The notes under the pieces: model-generated | Databases searched by the model: none | What the model was told of the DNA's origin: nothing | Seen by the model: only the letters and a program-made list of their open reading frames with translations | Translations under genes and position numbers: made by a program | Shown: one piece after another, positions 55,777 through 64,000 of the stretch | How positions within the stretch are numbered: the stretch's first letter is position 1 | Layout: the number at the start of each line of letters is the position of its first letter | From: Tubulanus polymorphus | Lineage: Eukaryota > Animalia > Nemertea | Reading direction: 5' to 3' | NCBI RefSeq assembly: GCF_964204645.1 | Contig: NC_134026.1 | Coordinates: 30,786,150 to 30,850,149 of the forward strand | DNA: 64,000 nucleotides

Positions 55777-58700
55777 ATGACGTTTGATATTACTGATGAT
55801 GATTTACCTGATAAAGAATTAGCGGAAGCTTTCTATGCAAAATACGAACCGAAGGAAGTGTTAGGAAGGTAATAATCACAATCAGGAACCTGAGGTGTCA
55901 CATTATAAATCATAAAGTAGGCCTAAAACTGACATCCTATATCTCTAATGAATATTGACTTCTCGATGCTCCTCGGTTATCATTGAATTATCAGTGACCC
56001 CCTTAGTTTGATAATAGATGGAGTTTGAATATTGAGGGTCGCACTAAGGTGACACTTTAGTTATTAGTTCCAGAACAGTTCGAACGTGTTTACAAGCAAT
56101 AGATGGTTGTATAATGTTCTTTTGCTATGATTTGAATTTTTGAATATCTTTATTTGACAACTGGATCTAGTTCCACTGACTGTTCTCAGATCTGCCTCCT
56201 GCGGGTCACGAAGTTCAATTTCTCGATTCAAATTTACGTTCAGAATTGTGGAACTGAAATCTGTTTTTAAAAGTGAGTTATCGTATTGTTATTGTATAGA
56301 GGTGTGAGCAGTACAGTGAGAAGATGCGTCGATACGAAAACATTGATCGAATATGCCGTGAAAATAATCGATGTAAGTTGTGAAAGGAATACAAATGACC
56401 AAGCTACAGAATTACGACAATCAACTAAACAAGAAGTGAATATATTACGTATGTGTGCTGGGCATCCGAATATCAGTAAGTATTGACAATATACAGCCTG
56501 GAAACTGCATCTCTTCATTAAATCACCATCACAACATTAAATAATGTGCTGATAAAATGTCTATGCCTGGTGTTTGTAGTTCATTTTTAATTTGAAATGT
56601 CTCGGGTGAAGTTGTGAACATAATATGCAAAGTGCGGATGATCAGTTTTTGAAAGTGTGCTGATGAAATGTGTCTAACGTTTGGTGTTTGCGGTTTATTT
56701 TTTATTAAAAGTGTCTCGGGTCAAGCAGTGAATACATGTGATGTGTGGACAAGTTTCTGAAGGGGGAACAGAGTCCAGGCTTGTGTTTATCGCTCTGTGA
56801 TAGTGAATGTTGTAAAGCCACTTGTCACCGGTAATTTCTAATCTAGTTTCATCTTGTTTTCAGTTGAACTTCACGATGTATTTGAATCTTCGACCTTTAT
56901 ATTCCTCGTTTTTGAGCTGTAAGTAAAAACAGTACAATCGCACGTATTTAATTGATCAGATCAGAACGATATCTTAGTCATCAATGCTTGTAATAAGTGA
57001 TTGGATTATTATATGATTTCCTGGAATGATACTCATAACTCGAATCTAATCTAATATATTACATTTTAAAAATGTGTATCTATTGTTTGTGATAATAATG
57101 TTGGTCATGTGATCGAGATAAATGTAGTATTTGATAAGTTTAGACCGGATTAGAATAGATTGATTTGAAATTATAGTGAGGTTTGACTAGTGGATAGAGA
57201 CCTATTTCTGTTTGCCGTCTATGTCTGGTCAGGTGTAAGTGTGGTTAAACTTCAATTCTAGTTCGTGGGTATTATTTAGGGGTAGCTTTGATTCATGTAA
57301 CTAATCCACAGTGTTGGATCTAGGGGGTGTTTTCAGCAGTCTGGATCCCTGCATTCGTAATGAGATAGAGATTGTTAAAACCTACAAATTTGTTACATTT
57401 ATCCTCTCAATAATGCGTTTCTAAAACTGAGGGGGAACCTGAGGTGTTCGGCTCTGCTGCTTTGTCTGGAAATGTCCTTTTCACTCGGACGTTCGCCTTC
57501 CAATATTCCTAGATTCGGCAGCCCCTGTAGTTATAATTTCTAAAACGTCTAACTCTATATTTCTTATATTTGTTTCAGATGCAAAAAAGGTGAATTGTTC
57601 GACTATTTAACGGAGGTCGTTACGTTCTCAGAGAAAAAAACGAGACAAGTGATGCGTCAAATTATCAATTCATTAGCATTCATACATAGTAAAGGAATTG
57701 TACATAGAGATTTAAAGGTACTGAATGTAACATTGTGTGTAACTCCTGAGGGCTCGCTGAGGGCTCGGTGATACAGTCATTACTGAAGTCTTAAGACTGG
57801 TGTTAAGTTGTTAGATTGGTTATAGAACCAAAATGAGTTTAGACTGGTCTTAATTTGTTAGATTGATTATAGAACCAAAATGAGCTTTGACTGGTCTTAA
57901 TTTGTTAGATTGATTATAGAACTGAAATGAGTTTAGACTGGTCTTAATTTGTTAAATTGATTATAGAACCAAAATGAGTTTAGACTGGTCTTAATTTGTT
58001 AGATTGATTATAGAACTGAAATGAGTTTAGACCGGTCTTAATTTGTTAGATTGATTATAGAACTAAAATGAGTTTAGACTGGTTTAAGTTGTTAGATTGA
58101 CTGTAGAACTACATTGGTGTCAAACTTGTCATAAACCTAAGCTATGACTGTAAAACTGGCCCCTGTTTCTGCAGATGAATTAATGTTCACCGGCACTGAG
58201 AGGGTTCACAGTCACATTATATGCACATTGTATGTATAATTTGAATATTTCAGCCTGAGAATGTATTATTAGACGATGATCTGAACGTGAAAGTGACTGA
58301 TTTCGGATTTGCTTGTCCGGTTGTTGATGATGATGATGGTTTACATGAATTATGCGGAACTCCTGGATATTTAGCTCCTGAAGTTCTAGCTGTTTCTATG
58401 TATGACAATGCGCCGGGTTACGGACAGGAGGTTGATATGTGGGCTATAGGAGTCATCATGTATACGCTGTGAGTCTTTCTAAAACTCGTTTACTGAAAAT
58501 ACTAAAGTAAAATTTTATCTAACTATTGTCAAACTCCATAAAGTTGTCAAGTCATGAGGAGAGAATCCCACAATGATAATAAAAAGTCCGAAAAAGAAAC
58601 TTCGAGATAGTAGTTTATTTCAACGTTTCGACTATATCCTAATAGTCATCTTCAGGAATAATGAAGATGACTTCAGAAGATGATTTCATCCTGAAGATGA

Positions 58701-60323
58701 TTATTAGGATATAGTCGAAACGTTGAAATAAACTACTATCTCGAAGTTTCTTTTTCGGACTTTTTATTATCATTGGGGGATTCTCTCCTCATCGCGTCAA
58801 CACGGATATAGTGTTCTACCAATCGTTGTCAAGTCATCACAATTTTGCGATTCAATTTACTAAGTTTAAGTAGTCATTTTGATAAGTCATCGACATGTTT
58901 GGTAGATTGAGTAAGATATGAAATGAATTTTGTTTTTAGTCTAGTTGGCTGTCCACCTTTTTGGCATCGTAAGCAGATATATATGCTACGTTCAATAATG
59001 GAGGGAAAATATGAATTTCGAAGTCCTGAATGGGACGATATCAGCGATCAACCTAAAGACCTGGTACGTTCTTGTCTTATTATTTATCAATGAGTTCAAA
59101 TTGATTTTAAAATCGTATTTAAACGATTGCACAGCTGCTGCTACTGTCGTTCAACTGAAGCTCAATTAAAGCTTTAAGGAAATGATTCGTGAAAAATCTA
59201 ATTGCAGATCTCAAAACTATTAGTAGTCGATCCAAAACAACGACTGACAGCATCTCAGTGTCTGGAACATCCATTTTTAGCCCTGGAGGTAAATATCTTG
59301 CTGCTAAATTTGATTACGTATTAAGATGAAAAGGTTCATGATATGAAAAGTTTAGTTTTTAGCTTGGTTTAAAAGATTTGACTTGAAGACTAGATCTGAA
59401 TGATTAGCCGGCAGAATGTTCTGTAGTATGGGCAAATTCTTAAAGTTTTCTCCTTGAAACTTTCTGTTTGCTATCGTTTCACTAATTGACAGGGTTCTTT
59501 CAGATCAGGGACAATCAGGGAATTCTTGATTCTTTTCTCTAAAATCAGAGAATTTGAATTTTTGTGTCGTGTTGTTCTTGCTAGTGACAAGTGGCATAAG
59601 GAACCTCTTGAGTAGAAACATCCCCCACTGAGGTTATCTTATAATCTAACTGGAATTATTTGTCAAGGGTCTGGAATGATCAGCGAATTTTGAATTCCCT
59701 GATCTTTGAGAGTTTATCATAGTTACCACAGTGTTATAATGCCTTACTGAAGATATCTAAAAATACCATCAGGAAATTTTGAATTTTTTGGTGTCTTGTC
59801 ATTGCTGGTGACGAGTGGCACGAGGAACCTCTCGATAAGAAACATCCCAAACTGAGATCCATATCTTATGATTTAGTCAGCGAAATTTTGGCCAAGGGTC
59901 CGGGAAATATCAGGGAATTTTGGATTCCTTGATCTGTAAGAATCCCGAGTTAACAACTGATTAAACTGAATAAAACATATAAAACAAATTGTATTTTTAT
60001 ATTTACAGCAAAAGATTCACGTGATGCGTCAATTCTTTCCTCGTCGTAAGTTTAAAGCATACGTTCTATGCACGGTCGCTTGTCATCGAATCCGTAAAAA
60101 CTACATGAATCCACCACCGATATCGATCAGACGCATGAAGGAAAATCCGTATAGTTTAAAACAGTTCCGTAAATTAATCGACGCGTGTGCGTTTAGAGTG
60201 TACGGACACTGGGTGAAAAAAGGAGAAGATCAAAATCGTGCGGCGTTATTCGAAATGATGCCTCGAAACGAACTAAATCACGAAGATAAACCGGGTTTAG
60301 TAGTTCCGGTTTTACCTTATTGA
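55777..60323 (+). CDS. PHKG: Phosphorylase b kinase gamma catalytic subunit. Exons about 55777-55868, 56300-56475, 56864-56918, 57579-57717, 58254-58468, 58940-59063, 59208-59288, 60009-60323
   Basis: [84 protein letters not shown], and the CaM-binding tail [29 protein letters not shown]. Confidence 0.95.
57795..58110. repeat. 47-bp tandem array, about 7 copies, inside a MITE ending ...GACTGTAAAACTGGCCC at about 58162
   Basis: GACTGGTCTTAATTTGTTAGATTGATTATAGAACCAAAATGAGTTTA units. Confidence 0.88.
58556..58824 (+). mobile_element. Short Penelope-like insertion: inverted arms each with a minimal hammerhead, about 32-nt tail, 13-bp TSD
   Basis: TSD GTTGTCAAGTCAT at 58543-58555 and 58825-58837; arms 58554-58657 and 58689-58792 are near-perfect inverted copies. 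Confidence 0.82.
58617..58660 (-). ncRNA. Minimal type I hammerhead ribozyme motif; mirror copy on + at 58688-58730
   Basis: TTC-CTGAAGA-T-GACTAT-taggat-ATAGTC-GAAA-CG-TT-GAA: CUGANGA core, 6-bp stem II, GAAA, palindromic AACGTT stem III. Confidence 0.72.
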
Positions 60324-62091
60324 TTTTGATAAAGATTTAGGCGTTTTGTTGTTTGTTATTAATCGCAGGCCGGTAGTCGGGATGAGTGGGTACAAAATAA
60401 AACAAAAGGGGCAAAAAGTAAAGTATTGGTCTCTACGGATTCTGGAATTCTCTTCTGGCGCGTTCGTTTCATCCAGAATATACTCTACCTCTTCCCGAGT
60501 TGTATAATCTGTAAATCTGATTGAAGCGGCCGGTAGAGAGTTCTTGAATTCTTGAACCAGAATTCGTTCAATCAAAACCTACCTAAATTTCATATTGCTG
60601 TACGAGTGCTGCAGATTTTTGTCCTTTTCTACAAAAAATTAGAAAACTTTTTTCTAAAATGCGACCCTTTTTGTGGTAGATTTTCAATAAACGTACTTAG
60701 AAAGTCGTCTTGCAACGCCCTCTCCCCCTGACTAGGGGCATGCATCATTTTGTTGTTTTGTATTTATTGAGTAATTTATGATATATCTCATTGCATGTAA
60801 CTCATTATTATACTGTGCTAGGCTAAGCGGGGGGAGTGTCACCTTCAGGCTTTGTACCTAAACCATGCCTCGTATGATGCTGACATTTGTGTATTTGAGA
60901 GTATTCCAAGATTGCTGTCCCCTTGTTCAACGAAATGAACATGTTTTGGTGAAGATTGTGTGTTAGTGATAGGTTCACTTAGTTTACATATGTAAGGTGT
61001 CAAATCTTACCTCTGTATATATTATAAGAATAGTGTTCAAATTCAACTTAATTCTACATATGAAAAGTCAAACTGGTGAAGTTGTCATCGTAGGAGTCGT
61101 CACATGATTTAAGTCGTCTCTATTTTTAAGTCCCAATTTGTATTTCTAATTCAATTTACTAAGTATAAGTCATCATTTCGATAAGTCGTCACATTATTGA
61201 AGTCATCTCTAGTTTTGAGTCTCAATCTGTATTTCCAAGTATAAGTTATTATTCGGATAAGTCATTGATGTAAAGATTGTCCCAGTTATGACTGCTTGAG
61301 TTTTTTTTTTACTACACATCACGTTTTATAGAAAAGCTTAATGTTTTGCAAATGGCGCTGATTTCAGCTAGTAAAAAACTGACATAATAAGATTTTTAGA
61401 CATTTGATACCAGTTAGAATTGAACTGTTATTGGATTGAATGATTTTAGTTGAAATATATTTCAAGTGTTGAATTCAGTATTATTACTACTAAATGTAAT
61501 ATTTTGTAATTAGTGCGTTTAACTTTGTGTAGAAATTTTTGTTAGAATATGAAGCTTTAGTTTTTCTGTTGCGCTTATGTTTTTTATTGCGTCTTAAACT
61601 GTTGAATTTTAAGGAAAATTCGTGAAGCCAGAAACAATGCTATAATATATAGAAAAACCCACAATGTGAAGATTTGAATATGAAAACTGCGTATTTTTTG
61701 ATAGATAAATTCCATCCATCTCATATTCTCTTCATATCATGCGAAACTTCAGGTTTACAGATTTTCATTGTTAGCTTTTTCATATTGTGGGTGTGTATAA
61801 TAATACACTAACGTAGACTGCGTCTTAGTCTAAATTGATTTTTCCAGAATCAATTCTTTCTAACGTTTTCTCCGCCTTAAATTCAACTGATTTAAACTGT
61901 TTTCTGTGCGAGTTGAATTTCACAGATTAAAGGTATGTTTTCCTTTTCTTGTTTGAATTTGATGATAATATGATATTTTTGTTCTCGGTTTTTGCCTCAT
62001 TTTCTGCATGAATTAACCTCTTATTGATAAAAGCGTTGAGACTGCTGGAAATATTTCGCCGAGTTAAGAATCAGTGAAACGGATGGTTTTT

Positions 62092-62334
62092 CAGGGTCCG
62101 ATCTAAAGAATTAAAAGCCACTTGCCGAGGGGGGGAGCATATCTGAAATTTCACTTGACCCCCCTCAAAAATCAACTTGCCCTACCCAGCTAGTCCGTCT
62201 GGTGGCACAATCATCCGGTGTATCGAGTGGGAAAAAGCTTTGAGACATTGCACTCATCCAGTTGACAAGTGATAATAATAAACTACTTGCACTTATATAA
62301 ATAGAAATAGGACAAGTGCTTAGATCGGACCCTG
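62092..62334. mobile_element. MITE, same family as 1507-1761, opposite orientation, flanked by TTTTT
   Basis: CAGGGTCCGATCTAA ... CTTAGATCGGACCCTG; shared internal GTGGGAAAAAGCTTTG. Confidence 0.8.
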
Positions 62335-64000
62335 TTTTTTCTTCTTAAACTTTTGTAGAATTCAGCCAGATTTGAGCAGTTATATATATGTAGCAGTTAA
62401 GAAGAACAATGCACCAATTCTGTAATACCTCATCCATCATTTTGTATGAATACCTTATTGTATCTTGGTGCACATGATAAAAGCAATGATATCTGCGTAC
62501 AGAAAAGTTTGACCTGTTTTAAAAGCTATGAATGTTTAAATGATTGATAATGTTTCAACATATTATCCGCGCTTCATTCGTAATAAAAATCGCTACTGAA
62601 ATCAATTTAAGTTTGGTTTCTGTTTTGGTTCCGGGTTGCGGCGGCTGCTGATCGCGCGGAGCCTTCCGTGTCTTCACGGTTGTAGGTAAAAATCTCCAGT
62701 TTAAAATCCCCAAATCTATAAGAAGGTAGAAATCCCCACCACACGATTTTTCAAGAACATTTCAAAGCAAGAAATTCCTGCAATTCTATTCATTTGCAAA
62801 AGACTGCAATATATTTGAACTGTGCAATAAACTCTTTTAGTTGCTTTAAGCTCTTAAATTAACTATTAGATTTGATGAAATTCTTATTTGTCCTATTATT
62901 CATTCCGTACTGGAATATATTTGAACTTTGGTATATTTCACTGTGTGATGCGATACATAATTAGAAATAAAGAACTTTTAATTTGAAATGTTATAAATTC
63001 AAGCTAGTGTACCCCGGTAATATACCGGTGGGGGTATTTGGCCGCATCTTCACTCCTAGGATCTAGAAAAATTGACACGCTGACTGACACGCTGACAAGT
63101 ATAAATTGCATGACGTAAGTCATTTATCCACTGGTTGAATTTAGCCATTTTTTAAGCAAGTAAGTGTCAGTCAATTTTGGTGTAAAACAATTTGCAAAAC
63201 TGCGAGGATGATGGCGTCGCAGGACAACCCACAACCTTAGTGGGAGACCCTGTTTATCTGTTAGGATTTAAACTTGAAGTTGTTGATATATCCGAGATTC
63301 TACGAATGGAAGAACTTTGAGCTTGAGATGAGTTTTTTAATGAATCAAGACCGTGACATGATTCTATCTGATCTTCGTAATTTAAAACCGACGATGTGAC
63401 CGTGAAATGTAGATAGTCACGTGGTTAGTAACCGAATATACACCAGCGCAAGGTCTAATCTAACCGTCACACATCAGTGGGGGCTGATGATGATGATGGC
63501 CATTGTAAACAGCATATTAGGGTGGCAGATATAGTTCTCAATGGTTTTTGAGACATGCTAGTATTTTCAGCTGGGCTGGGCTGGGCCTGTGAGCACTTTC
63601 CAGAGATGTGTATGGTTGCGCCCAGAATTTTTTGATATTCGAACCGGGTGGGCGCAACGTTTCAAAAATCTGTTGATAAAATGAACACTTTAGAGTCACC
63701 CGGCACCCGGTGGTTATTTGGAAAATGTTTCTAGCACATCTTTGCATAATCTTTTGTAAGCATATGTAATTTGTCGCCAGGATTTTGATATGAAACTCTA
63801 TCTTAAATCAACGCAGTGGATATTGTCGGGATCTTTGCTCAGCGGACTGAAGGCAACAGATCCGTGGCCGGGCATCGTTATTCGATGAACCTAAACGGCA
63901 CATGCTTTTTACTCGTAAAAAGAGTAAAACCTTTCTCTGAGAGAGTTTCATTGAATACTCGCACTTTGGGAAGCTGTATACATTTCATTTGTTTCAGAGC

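Noticed and set aside
62600-64000. Possible gene start at the right end (ORF 63538-63747)
   Set aside because: No recognisable protein motif or consistent exon chain.

Overview
AT-rich, intron-rich animal genomic DNA, probably an invertebrate bilaterian such as a lophotrochozoan (inference only). Spliced models were built by hand from GT-AG or AT-AC boundaries and reading-frame phase. In order: 5' part of CCDC24 (-); COX6C (+, absent from the ORF track); TGS1 (+); a secreted PAN/apple + Thr-rich + C-type lectin (+); five intronless rhodopsin-class GPCRs in an A-B-A-B-A array interleaved with dead copies of the lectin's last exon; an NFIL3/vrille-like protein with two bZIPs (-); a TLCD1/2-like gene (+); a pancreatic lipase-like gene (-); a SEPT2-group septin (-) with a nested antisense single-Ig receptor gene; and phosphorylase kinase gamma (+). 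Highlights: (1) TGS1 has an in-frame, phase 0-0, 873-nt candidate exon encoding an SGNH hydrolase with all catalytic motifs intact, probably of retroelement origin, plus a U12-type AT-AC intron; (2) the nested Ig-TM receptor has YxxM/YxN motifs; (3) the two GPCR types differ mainly on the extracellular face; (4) short Penelope-like insertions carry minimal hammerhead ribozymes; (5) several MITE families are present, including CAGG-ended ones with 5-bp TSDs. No database searches were run; all family calls come from motif recognition.
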